From Alphaproteobacteria bacterium (GTDB lineage Bacteria > Pseudomonadota > Alphaproteobacteria > SMXP01), in assembly GCA_965248815.1 (NCBI GenBank), contig CBDFKK010000002.1, positions 16,995 to 80,994 on the forward strand: DNA of 64,000 nt, written 5' to 3'. This document shows positions 53,312 to 62,890 of the stretch, one piece after another; position 1 is the stretch's first letter; every line of letters begins with the position of its first letter. The position numbers and the translations under genes are program-made. The notes under the pieces were generated by a model, which saw only the letters and a program-made list of their open reading frames with translations, made no database searches and was not told where the DNA came from.

Positions 53312-53355
53312 GCGCGCGTTTAGCGAATGAATGGTGGGCCTTCAAGAGAAGGCAG

Positions 53356-53394
53356 GGGCCGGAACAGTTATTATGTTCCGGCCCTTATAATTTT
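53356..53394. terminator. Rho-independent (bidirectional) terminator between mscL and the convergent DUF4332 gene
   Basis: GGGCCGGAAC-AGTTATTAT-GTTCCGGCCC perfect 10-bp stem followed by TTATAATTTT. A-rich on the opposite side. Confidence 0.75.
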
Positions 53395-53396
53395 CG

Positions 53397-53804
53397 CTAA
53401 TGGGTAATGACAGGATCGAGCGATTTCGCTTGTTCTACCCATTTCTCGACCTGGCTGGCGGCCGGCACATTGCGCGTTAGTTTCTTTTCTTCGTTCACTT
53501 CAGTCATCTTAGCTGCAAGATTTTCAGCATTGCGATTGCGCAATTCTTTGACGGTATCAACGCCGGCACCTTCGAGTAACTCCGCATACTCACCGCCGAC
53601 TCCGGAAATGCGCATGAGGTCGGCCATGTTGGCCCACTTGAGCAGGAGAGTTTCACTTAATCCGGTCTTTTCAGCCGTTTGACCACGGCCATTTTTGTCG
53701 CAACACAGCTTCAACAGATCATCCGTAGTTGCCACGCCGGCACCTGACAGTTTTTCCGCATAGGCAGGTCCGATACCTTCGATTTCTTCAATTTTATACC
53801 CCAT
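53397..53804 (-). CDS. DUF4332-like helix-hairpin-helix protein
   Basis: Two IEEIEGIGPAYAEKL / ISGVGGEYAELL HhH-like repeats. 135 aa. Confidence 0.55.
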   Translation of the reverse strand: MGYKIEEIEGIGPAYAEKLSGAGVATTDDLLKLCCDKNGRGQTAEKTGLSETLLLKWANMADLMRISGVGGEYAELLEGAGVDTVKELRNRNAENLAAKMTEVNEEKKLTRNVPAASQVEKWVEQAKSLDPVITH

Positions 53805-53871
53805 CCGTTTACTCCTTCTTTTCGATGGTCTGGTGTTGAAACATCTGCTTCATCGTAAAGTTACAGCAGTC

Positions 53872-55422
53872 TTAGCTGCCCTTAAATATGGACCCCAGCA
53901 CGCCGCGGAAAAGTTCTCGGCTGAGCCGCGTCGCAATGCTGCGCGCAAAACTCTTGGTAAAGGCTTCCGACACACTTTGCCGGTTGGAGCGCCGCCCCGT
54001 AGTTGTTCGTCGCCGTCCTTTGGTCTTGCGCCGAGAGGTCGGCATGGGGTCGTAAGTACGGTCGTCGTCCAGGTCTTCCGCTTCCGCCTTAAGTTTTTCA
54101 GCGCGTTCTTGCAGCAACTCGTAAGCAGACTTTCGGTCGAGTCGCGGATCATACTTTTCGACAAAGGGGCTTTCCGTAATTACGACGCGACGTTCAATTT
54201 TAGTTGCCGGACCCATGCGGGAGGACGGCGGCCGGATCAGCGTTTGATCGACCATTGAAGGCACGCCTTTGGCCTGAAGCGTGGAAACGAGAGCCTCGCC
54301 GACACCCAATTGTGTGATGACGTCTTTGACCTTGAACTTAGGGTTGGGGCGAAACGTCTCCGCTGCCGCGCGCACCGCCTTTTGATCTCTCGGGGTGAAG
54401 GCACGCAAGGCATACTGAACCCGGTTGCCAAGTTGTCCCAGAACAGCATCAGGAATGTCTATGGGATTTTGAGTAACGAAATAGACGCCAACGCCTTTCG
54501 ATCTAATAAGTCGCACCACTTGCTCGACTTTGTTGACCAAAGCCTTCGGCGCATCGTTGAAAAGGAGATGTGCTTCATCAAAGAAGAAAACAAATTTTGG
54601 TTTTTCAGGATCGCCAACTTCCGGAAGTTCTTCAAAGAGCTCTGCAAGGAGCCACAGCAAGAAAGTGGCATAGAGGCGCGGCGTCTGCATGAGCTTGTCC
54701 GCGGCCAAAATATTGATACGACCATGGCCGTCTTCGTCAACGGACATGAGATCTTCTAACTCGAGGGCCGGCTCACCAAAGAAGTTCTTTGCGCCTTGCT
54801 CTTCCAGAACGAGTAAACGGCGTTGAATGGCGCCGACCGACGCTCTGCTGATATTTCCATATTCGAGGGATATATCGGAGGCGTTCTCGCCGACGAAATT
54901 CAGCATCGCTCGTAGATCTTTGAGATCAAGCAAGAGAAAACCCTGCTCATCGGCAATTCGAAACGCAATATTGAGCACACCCTCTTGCGTGTCGTTGAGA
55001 TTCAAAAGGCGCGATAAGAGAAGGGGGCCCATTTCTGAAATTGTCGTCCGGATGGGATGCCCCTTTTTGCCAAAGAGATCCCAAAAGACGACGGGAAAGC
55101 CGTTCATTGCATAGTTTGCAAAACCGATTTTGTCCGCTCGCTCTTGAAGAAAAGACTTCATTTCGCCGGGCATACAAATACCCGATAAGTCTCCTTTGAC
55201 GTCCGCGGCGAATACCGGCACGCCAGCCTGTGAAAAACCTTCCGCCAGGATTTGAAGCGAGACCGTCTTACCGGTGCCTGTTGCACCGGCAATGAGCCCA
55301 TGACGGTTTGCATAGCCCAACAGCAATGATTGTTTTTTGTCTCCCTTCCCTAAAAAGATGGAGGGTTTTTCGGCTATCATGCGGAAGTCCAAATCTTGTT
55401 TGATTTTGTCGGCGGAATTCAA
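53872..55422 (-). CDS. HerA-like ATPase (DUF853 / YjgR family)
   Basis: Walker [10 protein letters not shown], Walker B VFFFDEAH. 516 aa with a basic C-terminal tail. Confidence 0.7.
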   Translation of the reverse strand: MNSADKIKQDLDFRMIAEKPSIFLGKGDKKQSLLLGYANRHGLIAGATGTGKTVSLQILAEGFSQAGVPVFAADVKGDLSGICMPGEMKSFLQERADKIGFANYAMNGFPVVFWDLFGKKGHPIRTTISEMGPLLLSRLLNLNDTQEGVLNIAFRIADEQGFLLLDLKDLRAMLNFVGENASDISLEYGNISRASVGAIQRRLLVLEEQGAKNFFGEPALELEDLMSVDEDGHGRINILAADKLMQTPRLYATFLLWLLAELFEELPEVGDPEKPKFVFFFDEAHLLFNDAPKALVNKVEQVVRLIRSKGVGVYFVTQNPIDIPDAVLGQLGNRVQYALRAFTPRDQKAVRAAAETFRPNPKFKVKDVITQLGVGEALVSTLQAKGVPSMVDQTLIRPPSSRMGPATKIERRVVITESPFVEKYDPRLDRKSAYELLQERAEKLKAEAEDLDDDRTYDPMPTSRRKTKGRRRTTTGRRSNRQSVSEAFTKSFARSIATRLSRELFRGVLGSIFKGS

Positions 55423-55636
55423 CGCGGCTTGTAGGCGGTGAATGCAAAAGATTAAGGAGGGGACCTATGGAAATATTTGTGGCGGGATAGTGATAATGCT
55501 CGTCATTTGAATGGGGGTTATGAGGTTGATCCACAGTCGCCCAATGCTGGAACGTCAAGTGCAAAAGATGCAATGTTCTACTGGAAAATTCAATGAGGGA
55601 TGTAGGCGTCGAACGATCGGAGTTTAATCGTCTCCG

Positions 55637-56362
55637 CTAGGCCAGACGATTGCCGCCATCACACGGCACGACAAGACCCGTCAAGAAATCGTTTGTAATA
55701 AAAGCTCCGACCAATCGTGCGACGTCTTCAGCTTGGCCGATGCGGCCCATTGGTGTTTTTTCAGCCGCTGCCGCATACATCTGCGCGCGAATGTCATCAG
55801 GGATACGCAGCCAGGCTTCGGTATCTGTAAGGCCCGGTGAGGCGGCATTGATACGGCGCGGGGCAAGCTCGACAGCCAAGGTCTTTATCATGCCTTCGAG
55901 GGCGCCGTTGACCGCTGACAAGGACGAGGCGCCGGGTGTCGCCGCCAGCGCAGAAGCTCCAGTTACAATGGTGACGGAACCGTCAGGTTCCAAAACATTT
56001 GCCGCTTCGTGCATGGCGTTGACATAAGGCCAGAATTTTCCCTCGAACGTGTCGCGATAGCCGGCGACGTCCAAGTCCGAAAACGGACCCATTGCGGCGT
56101 TGCCCGCAAGTGAAATGACTACGTGGTCGAGCGGTTCAAGTTTTCTAAAATAGTCCCGGGACGCATCGGCGCTGGCAAAGTCGACGGCGGCAATCGGCAC
56201 CTCACCCCCCAATTTATTCGCCGCGGCCTCGAGTTTTTCCGGCGTCCGCGCAGCAAGGGAGATGTCGGCCCCGAGGTCACGGAGATGACTTGCCGTGGCA
56301 AAGCCAATGCCACTGCTGCCGCCGCAAACAACGATGTTTTTTCCGCTCAAAATGCCTGTCAC
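55637..56362 (-). CDS. SDR family oxidoreductase
   Basis: GGSSGIG cofactor motif. Start set at GTG 56362 (GAGG 5 nt upstream) because the longer ORF would run through the tRNA gene. Confidence 0.7.
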   Translation of the reverse strand: MTGILSGKNIVVCGGSSGIGFATASHLRDLGADISLAARTPEKLEAAANKLGGEVPIAAVDFASADASRDYFRKLEPLDHVVISLAGNAAMGPFSDLDVAGYRDTFEGKFWPYVNAMHEAANVLEPDGSVTIVTGASALAATPGASSLSAVNGALEGMIKTLAVELAPRRINAASPGLTDTEAWLRIPDDIRAQMYAAAAEKTPMGRIGQAEDVARLVGAFITNDFLTGLVVPCDGGNRLA

Positions 56363-56414
56363 AGTCGCCTCATGGAATTTGCCTTGTGTGGTCAGGTATG
56401 GACCCCGGGCATTA

Positions 56415-56504
56415 TGGCGGATGGGGTGGGATTCGAACCCACGAGACGCTTGCACGCCTGCTGGTTTTCAAGACCAGTGCCTTCAACCACTCGGCCACCC
56501 ATCC
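56415..56504 (-). tRNA. tRNA-Ser (anticodon UGA), class II with long variable arm, CCA encoded
   Basis: rc = GGATGGGTGGCCGAGTGGTTGAAGGCACTGGTCTTGAAAACCAGCAGGCGTGCAAGCGTCTCGTGGGTTCGAATCCCACCCCATCCGCCA. 7-bp acceptor stem. Anticodon loop CTTGAAA. T-loop GGTTCGAATCC. Confidence 0.85.
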
Positions 56505-56594
56505 AGTCTATAAAATCAATGACTTAGTAGATTCGACTTCTCGAATAGACGCGACTTGCTAACAGATTGCTAACGAAGTCTCAAGAATCCAGGC

Positions 56595-56866
56595 TCAGAC
56601 GTTCTTATTTTGATCGCTTAGCGCAACCCGAAGCGCGCGGTCTAGCTTCAACATTGCGTCCTCCTCAAGGCCGGGCAAGACATGGGAGTAGACATCCAGC
56701 GTAATGGACACACTGGCGTGCCCAAGGCGATCCGAGACGACCTTTGGATGAATTCCCTGCTTGAGCAGGTGAGAGGCGTGCCCATGCCTCAAATCATGAA
56801 ACCTGACAAGCGGAAGGCCACGGCGCTTCAGAGCAGCCCTAAACGCCTTTGAGAAGGCTCGAGGGT
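56595..56866 (-). pseudogene. Tyrosine recombinase (phage-type integrase) C-terminal catalytic fragment, truncated by ISB
   Basis: RFHDLRHGHASHLL...LGHASVSITLDVYSHV (R, HxxR and Y catalytic residues) with a natural stop. The upstream part is replaced by the ISB left end at 56867. Confidence 0.75.
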
Positions 56867-56952
56867 GTCTGACATCAGCGCCTGTGGGACAGATGGAGTT
56901 GATTGTGTAACGGAGGATTTCTGGCTCATCGTCGTGACCGAAGGGAACGCAG

Positions 56953-57327
56953 ATGATCCAGAAATCCATGAGTTTGAAGGACGGCGCCGAGACGGCGGTA
57001 CGGGACATCCGGCGCAAGACGCGCAAGCAATATTCAGCTGAAGAGAAGATCCGGATTGTGCTCTCGGGCCTGCGCGGCGAGGACAGCATCGCCGAGCTGT
57101 GCCGTCGGGAAGGGATCGCCGAGAGCCTCTACTACAGCTGGTCGAAGGAGTTCCTGGAAGCCGGCAAGAAGCGGCTTTCGGGGGATACCGCCCGCCAGGC
57201 GTCCTCGGGCGAGGTCAAGGACCTGCGCCGCGAGAGGCATGACCTCAAGGAAGCGCTTGCCGAACAGGTGCTGGAGAACCGGCTGCTTAAAAAAAGCATG
57301 ATCGGGGATGGGGGAGACGGCGCATGA
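56953..57327 (+). CDS. ISB transposase OrfA
   Basis: 124 aa, homologous to ORF 2684-3058. Confidence 0.8.
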   Translation: MIQKSMSLKDGAETAVRDIRRKTRKQYSAEEKIRIVLSGLRGEDSIAELCRREGIAESLYYSWSKEFLEAGKKRLSGDTARQASSGEVKDLRRERHDLKEALAEQVLENRLLKKSMIGDGGDGA

Positions 57328-58304
57328 GATACCCCGCATCGGAGAAGCTCGAGATCATCCGCCTAGTCGAGCGATCCCATCTCCCGGTGCTGCGGACGCT
57401 GGACAAGCTCGGCATCCCGGCAACGACGTTTTACCGATGGTACGACCGGTATTTGCGTGGTGGCGTACAAGCATTGGAAGACCGGTCTCCCAAGCCAAAA
57501 CGCGTGTGGAACCGCATCCCCGATGATATTCGAGAGCGGATCGTCGATATGGCTCTTCAGGAACCGGAACTGAGCCCGCGCGAGTTGGCAGTGCGGTTCA
57601 CTGATACGCAAAGCTATTTTGTATCCGAAGCTTCAGTGTATCGCCTGCTCAAAGCTCTTGATCTGATTACCAGCCCGGCCTTCGTGGTCATCAAGGCTGC
57701 CAATGAGTTCCGCGACAAGACCACGGCGCCAAACCAAATGTGGCAGACCGACTTCACCTACCTCAAGGTCATCGGCTGGGGCTGGTTTTATCTCTCTACG
57801 ATTCTTGATGACTTCTCGCGCTACATCATTGCGTGGAAGCTGTGCACCACGATGAGAGCTGAAGACGTCACTGATACGTTGGAAATGGCTCTGGAGGCAT
57901 CGGGTTGCGATCAGGCAAATGTCGCACACAAGCCGCGTCTGCTATCTGACAATGGTTCAAGTTATATTGCCGGCGATCTTGCTGACTGGATGGATGATCA
58001 AGGCATGAGGCATGTTCGCGGCGCGCCGTATCATCCGCAAACGCAAGGCAAAATCGAGCGTTGGCATCAAACGCTCAAGAACCGCATCTTGCTGGAAAAC
58101 TATTACCTACCTGGCGATCTTGAAGCGCAGATCGATGAGTTCGTGGGTCACTACAATCACCAGCGCTATCACGAGAGTCTGCAAAACCTCACGCCCGCAG
58201 ATGTTTACTTTGGGCGCGGCCAAACCATTCTATTGCAAAGAGAAAGGATCAAGCGAAAAACGATCGAGCATCGGCGCTTGCAACACAGCAAAGCCGCTGC
58301 TTAA
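57324..58304 (+). CDS. ISB transposase OrfB
   Basis: 326 aa, homologous to ORF 1707-2687. The DDE region is intact. Confidence 0.8.
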   Translation: MRYPASEKLEIIRLVERSHLPVLRTLDKLGIPATTFYRWYDRYLRGGVQALEDRSPKPKRVWNRIPDDIRERIVDMALQEPELSPRELAVRFTDTQSYFVSEASVYRLLKALDLITSPAFVVIKAANEFRDKTTAPNQMWQTDFTYLKVIGWGWFYLSTILDDFSRYIIAWKLCTTMRAEDVTDTLEMALEASGCDQANVAHKPRLLSDNGSSYIAGDLADWMDDQGMRHVRGAPYHPQTQGKIERWHQTLKNRILLENYYLPGDLEAQIDEFVGHYNHQRYHESLQNLTPADVYFGRGQTILLQRERIKRKTIEHRRLQHSKAAA

Positions 58305-58378
58305 ACTGATACAACAGATGAGCCATATACTCCGCTAGCTCAAACCGAAATCTGTTCCAATTTATCTGATGACGGACA

Positions 58379-58404
58379 TTGTTCAAACAAACCGAACCAC
58401 CTCT
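58379..58404 (+). repeat. Solo 26-bp fragment of the ISA right terminal inverted repeat (TTGTTCAAACAAACCGAACCACCTCT)
   Basis: Exact match to the last 26 bp of ISA. Abuts the ISB right end. Confidence 0.8.
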
Positions 58405-58523
58405 GTCAGCGCATGTTCGAACACGCGGCTAGTAATGCTGTGATGTGATATGACATTCGTGGCTTTTGGTTCTGAAGCACTTTCAATGATCCCAATTTGA
58501 ATTTCATAAAGGTTCGTAATTCG

Positions 58524-60023
58524 ATGTCATCATCTCAAACGCAACTCAAAAATGTTCAGCAGAGCGGCCCCTTCAATTCATTGCGCGACTATGTAGCCGC
58601 GCTTGAAGCTGCAGGCCGGCTTATCAGAATTGAGGAGATGGATCAGGATCAATATGAGTCCACAGGCTTTGCCTACCGACTCATTGAGAATCTCGGACTG
58701 CAAGAGGCTCCCGCCTTTTTGATTGAAAAGATTAAAATCGACGGCAAGTGGAGGCAGGGTCCGATCCTCGGCAACTTGTATGGCGGTTGGGTCAGAGAAG
58801 CGATGGTGTTTGGCGTCGACCGGATCGAAGACGATAATAAAAAGATGTATCACGCCGTGATCGAAAAAATGAACTCGCGTCTGGATGACAACGGCGAGTG
58901 GAAAACGCTGAAGCCGTCGATCAGAAAAGACCCGCAGGCGCCGTGCAAAGAGGTCGTCCTCACAGGCGACGACATCGACATTCTTGGGTTTCCCTGGCTT
59001 AAGAACAATCCCTTCGACGGGGGCCGCTACATCAATACGACAGCGGTCTTTGTCCAGGATCCCGACTTGGGCCGCAATGTCGGGACTTACCGCTGCCAAG
59101 TCAAAGACAAGCGCAAGATCTCGGTCAACGCCACACCCGGCCAGCACGGTGGACGCATGCTACGCATTATGAAAGCGCGTGGTCAGAAGACCGCAAACAT
59201 CGCGATCGCCATGGGCGTTGATCCCATGGTCTGGGCCTTGAGCACGTCCAAGCTTTCGGACTATGGCCAAGACGAGTTGGACGTCGCGGGCGGCCTCAAA
59301 GGTTCGCCCATTGAAGTAGTTCCGTGCGAGACGAGTGACATTTTGGTGCCCTCGGAAGCCGAAATGATAATTGAGGGCGAAATTCCCTTGCAGGAAGGAG
59401 AGCCCGAAGGTCCCTACGGAGAAATGTACGGTTATCTCGGGTCGGGAAGGGACGATTGCTTCTATATGAATGTCAAGGCGATTACCCATCGGCGCGACCC
59501 GTTGTTCTTTAACTCCTATACGGGCCTGTCTCCCGACATGATCATGGGCCCCATCATGGCTAACCATTATTGGCGGCTCAAAAAGCTGATCCCGAACTTG
59601 ACCGGTGTCTATCAATTCAATGAGGCGAGCGGCATTCTAACCCTCAGCATCAAGAAGCAATTCGCGGGAGAGGGACTACAAGCCGGCCAATACGCAATTG
59701 CCGGCACGACGATCAAGGTGGCGATCGTGGTCGACGACGACATCGACATTATGAATCCCCTCCAGGTCTTTCATGCCATGGCCGCCCGCTGGCAACCGAG
59801 CGCCAGCCTATTGACGCCGCCAACGCGGCTCACCATGCCCGATCCAAGCGTGCCGACCCGCGGTCTTTCGACCAAGATGGTGATCGACGCCACGCAGCAG
59901 CTGGCCGACGAAAAAGGCCGCGCCTCGTGGCCTCCGCTCAACCGTGATTTGCTGGAAGAGCAATGCCCGGATCTTATGGCCATGGTCGACGAAAAGTGGT
60001 CACAGCATTGGCGCAAAGGATGA
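58524..60023 (+). CDS. UbiD-family (prenylated-FMN-dependent) decarboxylase
   Basis: About 500 aa with UbiD-family architecture. The ATG at 58524 is preferred over the TTG at 58497. Confidence 0.8.
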   Translation: MSSSQTQLKNVQQSGPFNSLRDYVAALEAAGRLIRIEEMDQDQYESTGFAYRLIENLGLQEAPAFLIEKIKIDGKWRQGPILGNLYGGWVREAMVFGVDRIEDDNKKMYHAVIEKMNSRLDDNGEWKTLKPSIRKDPQAPCKEVVLTGDDIDILGFPWLKNNPFDGGRYINTTAVFVQDPDLGRNVGTYRCQVKDKRKISVNATPGQHGGRMLRIMKARGQKTANIAIAMGVDPMVWALSTSKLSDYGQDELDVAGGLKGSPIEVVPCETSDILVPSEAEMIIEGEIPLQEGEPEGPYGEMYGYLGSGRDDCFYMNVKAITHRRDPLFFNSYTGLSPDMIMGPIMANHYWRLKKLIPNLTGVYQFNEASGILTLSIKKQFAGEGLQAGQYAIAGTTIKVAIVVDDDIDIMNPLQVFHAMAARWQPSASLLTPPTRLTMPDPSVPTRGLSTKMVIDATQQLADEKGRASWPPLNRDLLEEQCPDLMAMVDEKWSQHWRKG

Positions 60024-60273
60024 GGGTAGCTTTTGACGACTGGTCTTCTTAGAGATTTTCAGTGACTGAATGTCAGCTTATTACTGTTGGCTCATTTCAG
60101 CGGACATTCTAAAGAGCACTTTGTCGCATAACCTGCGATATCGAAAAATGCGCTTTAGTCAAAGGCAAATCTGATCGCCGTTGTATGTCGCCCTCTGTGA
60201 CTGCTCAGGTGAACGATAACGGACATTGGCACGGTTTGGTAAGCCGAATCGAATAACCAGTCTAGACTCCGGA

Positions 60274-60603
60274 TCAGATATCTTCCCAGCAAAAGAACAC
60301 TGGATCCTTTACGTTCTTCATAAACTGCAAATGTAAATCTACTGCCGGTTCCGCCTTATTTTGAATGTGGGTGTACGCAGCATCCATTTGAGCCCGATTT
60401 CGAAATGTCATGAGTATGAAGTACTCGTAATCGCGCTCCTTATCCGTATCCATTGGGGTATTTGCGTGGCGCCTGCCGATTGGGCCGGACTTGACGATCA
60501 GGTCAATTGACTTTAGATGGCTGACGTATCTCTGGTAGTCCTCGCGGATTAACTCGATCACGCTTGTTGAATCCAAATGAAAGCAACCGACCATATGCAG
60601 CAT
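60274..60603 (-). CDS. Hypothetical small protein (possible alpha+beta barrel, ABM/Dabb-like)
   Basis: About 110 aa. The start is uncertain (60603, 60627 or 60651). Confidence 0.3.
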   Translation of the reverse strand: MLHMVGCFHLDSTSVIELIREDYQRYVSHLKSIDLIVKSGPIGRRHANTPMDTDKERDYEYFILMTFRNRAQMDAAYTHIQNKAEPAVDLHLQFMKNVKDPVFFCWEDI

Positions 60604-60732
60604 AGTAGAAGCCCCTTTGGGTGGCATATTGCAACGACGTACAGCCTTCATTGCATTTAATGGTTCGTTGCCGCGTGCCAGACTCTGGCCTCAAAGTCAC
60701 GACCCGAAAATTGGAACGGCAAGCCAACAATT

Positions 60733-61857
60733 TTACATACCGGTTTTCACGCGTGCCCAGGTGCGGGTGCGGTTGCGTTCCGCCTTGGGAGGTAAAACCA
60801 TAGTCGGAAACAATCGCTCTAGTGTTTGTTGGCTTGGATAAATCGCTTCGTCGGCAATGATCTCTGGATTAATAAATGGTCGCGACGCCTTGTTCGCATT
60901 AGCATAAAAAATCTCGTTGGTGATGTTCGCGATGACTTCCGGACGCATCAAAAAGTCTAAGAATAAATGGGCGTTTTCCGGATGTGGTGCATCACTCGGA
61001 ACTAAAAAACTTTCGGTCCAGAGCGCGGCGCCTTCTTTGGGAACCGAGTAGGCTAGATTAATTTCAAGACCGGCTTCTTCCGCTCGCTTCGCGGCGTTGG
61101 AATAATCTCCTGACCAACTCATTGCGATACAGACCTCCCGGCTTGGAAGGTCGTTTAGCAGTCTCGTCGAACTATAATATTTCACATAGGGCCGAACGGA
61201 TTTCAACAAGACCTCTGCCCGCTTCATTTCCTCGAGGTCCGTGGAAAAAGGATCAAATCCCAAATAGGCAAGCGCCATGGAAATGACTTCAATCGGCGAG
61301 TCCAAGAACGACACGCCGCAGTCCGCGAACTTCGAGACAATCTCTGGTTTGAAGATCATATCGGCACTACCAAGAGGCGCGTTAGGCATGCGCTCAAGTA
61401 CCATATCGACATTGTAAGAAAATCCTGTGGACCCCCACATGTACGGAAGAGAATACACATTACCGGGGTCATACAAAGCGATCCGCGCGAGGACATCAGC
61501 ATCCAAGTTCTTCCAATTGGGCAACTTGCTCTTGTCCAATGGCATGAAGACTCCAATGGGAATCAAGCGCGAGAACAGGGAACCCGCATGCGTCACCACG
61601 TCATAACCGCTGTCGCCGGCCATTAGCTTTGTATCGACGATCTCGCTTGCATCATATGTGTCGTAGTTAACGTGTATACCGTTTTCGGCTTCGAAAGCCT
61701 CAATCTCTTTCAAACTTATATAGTCGGACCAGTTGTAGACATTCAAAATCTTTTCCTCTTGCGCCCTTACTGCCGTCAGGTTCAAGAAGAATACAAGCAT
61801 ACAAAGGCCGCACTCGATCGCGTGCCACTTAACATAAGGCTGAACGCTCCAACGCAT
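60733..61857 (-). CDS. Polyamine (spermidine/putrescine) ABC transporter substrate-binding protein, PotD/PotF family
   Basis: Signal peptide. KILNVYNWSDYI N-terminal motif typical of PotF/PotD. Confidence 0.8.
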   Translation of the reverse strand: MRWSVQPYVKWHAIECGLCMLVFFLNLTAVRAQEEKILNVYNWSDYISLKEIEAFEAENGIHVNYDTYDASEIVDTKLMAGDSGYDVVTHAGSLFSRLIPIGVFMPLDKSKLPNWKNLDADVLARIALYDPGNVYSLPYMWGSTGFSYNVDMVLERMPNAPLGSADMIFKPEIVSKFADCGVSFLDSPIEVISMALAYLGFDPFSTDLEEMKRAEVLLKSVRPYVKYYSSTRLLNDLPSREVCIAMSWSGDYSNAAKRAEEAGLEINLAYSVPKEGAALWTESFLVPSDAPHPENAHLFLDFLMRPEVIANITNEIFYANANKASRPFINPEIIADEAIYPSQQTLERLFPTMVLPPKAERNRTRTWARVKTGM

Positions 61858-62043
61858 TTGTTCCCTCGCCAGAAATCTGTAAATGCTTATAGATTAGACG
61901 TTGCGCTGCGCCCGAGAAATACATTTCCTTGCACAACTACGATCATAATGGGATTTGAAGCTAAAGCGCCCGTACTGAAATGTCCGCTATTTAGTCTTGC
62001 CCCGTTTCAGTGGACGATTCCGAAGCGGAAACAGTCCGGCGCA

Positions 62044-62859
62044 CTAGTATCCCGGCGGCCTCATGGCAGGTACGCGGCTCATCTCTTCCATCTTGCGTTG
62101 GAGTATGCCGGGAGCAAAGCGCTTGTACCACAGCATGCGCATGGGGCTCGGTAAACCGATATTGATCTCGCGTTTACCGTTGAGAATTCCGTTGAGGACA
62201 ATCTCCGCGCATTTGGCGGGGCTGATGCTGGATTCACTGGACTTCACACCCAATGGCGAGCCATCGGTCGTCAACGCGTGTTCGAACACGCGGCTTGTGA
62301 CGCCGGCGGGAACCAGAAGAGTTATTTTAATGTTGTAGGGGACAAGTTCCGCGCGGAGCGTATCGAAGAAACCGTGCAACGCATGTTTGGACGCACAGTA
62401 GGACGCGCGCCAGGGCACGCCGTATTTACCTGCAACCGATGATGTAACGACTAATTGCCCCGACTTTCGCTCGACCATGCTGGGCAGCACCAGTTTGGCC
62501 AACCCTATGGCGCCAAAATAGTTCACCTCCATAATGCGTCTGTCGAGTTCCAAGGGCGTGTCCTTGGTAGAAGCTCTTTGCCCGATACCTGCGTTGAGCG
62601 CCAAGACATCGACATGACCGCATTGCTCAAGGACCGATCGAACAGCTTCTTCACGCCCATTCGCATCGGTTACGTCGAACGGCATGATGACAACTTTCCC
62701 AGGTCCCTCCGCGCATTTGGCTTTTACGGGCTCAAGTTCGGCGGCGGTCGGAGCTGAAATGACAATATCGGCACCGTCGTTGTGAAAACCATAAGCCAGG
62801 CCTTCGCCAATGCCCGAAGACGCTCCGGTGATCCACACGACTTTATCTTTGAAACGCAT
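62044..62859 (-). CDS. SDR family oxidoreductase
   Basis: VVWITGASSGIG, NAG and YCASK catalytic motifs. Confidence 0.85.
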   Translation of the reverse strand: MRFKDKVVWITGASSGIGEGLAYGFHNDGADIVISAPTAAELEPVKAKCAEGPGKVVIMPFDVTDANGREEAVRSVLEQCGHVDVLALNAGIGQRASTKDTPLELDRRIMEVNYFGAIGLAKLVLPSMVERKSGQLVVTSSVAGKYGVPWRASYCASKHALHGFFDTLRAELVPYNIKITLLVPAGVTSRVFEHALTTDGSPLGVKSSESSISPAKCAEIVLNGILNGKREINIGLPSPMRMLWYKRFAPGILQRKMEEMSRVPAMRPPGY

Positions 62860-62890
62860 GAGCGCCTCCAACTTTGATTATTTAAAGATT

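Larger units (their letters stand above)
56867..58378 (+). mobile_element. ISB copy 2 (divergent isoform, about 80% aa identity to copy 1), no target-site duplication
   Basis: Left end TGTCTGACATCAGCGCCTGTGGGACAG. Right end ...TCTGATGACGGACA, identical to the copy 1 right end. The flanks do not match each other. Confidence 0.75.

Noticed and set aside
53872-55422. HerA-like ATPase as the core of an anti-phage defence island
   Set aside because: There is no associated effector (nuclease, Sir2, TIR, protease), no flanking mobile-element signature and no atypical composition. DUF853/YjgR is usually a housekeeping singleton. It is kept only as a low-interest observation.
55637-56455. Longer version of the SDR ORF extending through the tRNA-Ser gene (MQASRGFESHP...)
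   Set aside because: The N-terminal 30 codons are the reverse complement of the tRNA T-arm and acceptor (GFESHP corresponds to GGGATTCGAACCC). The start was moved to the GTG at 56362, which has a GAGG Shine-Dalgarno.
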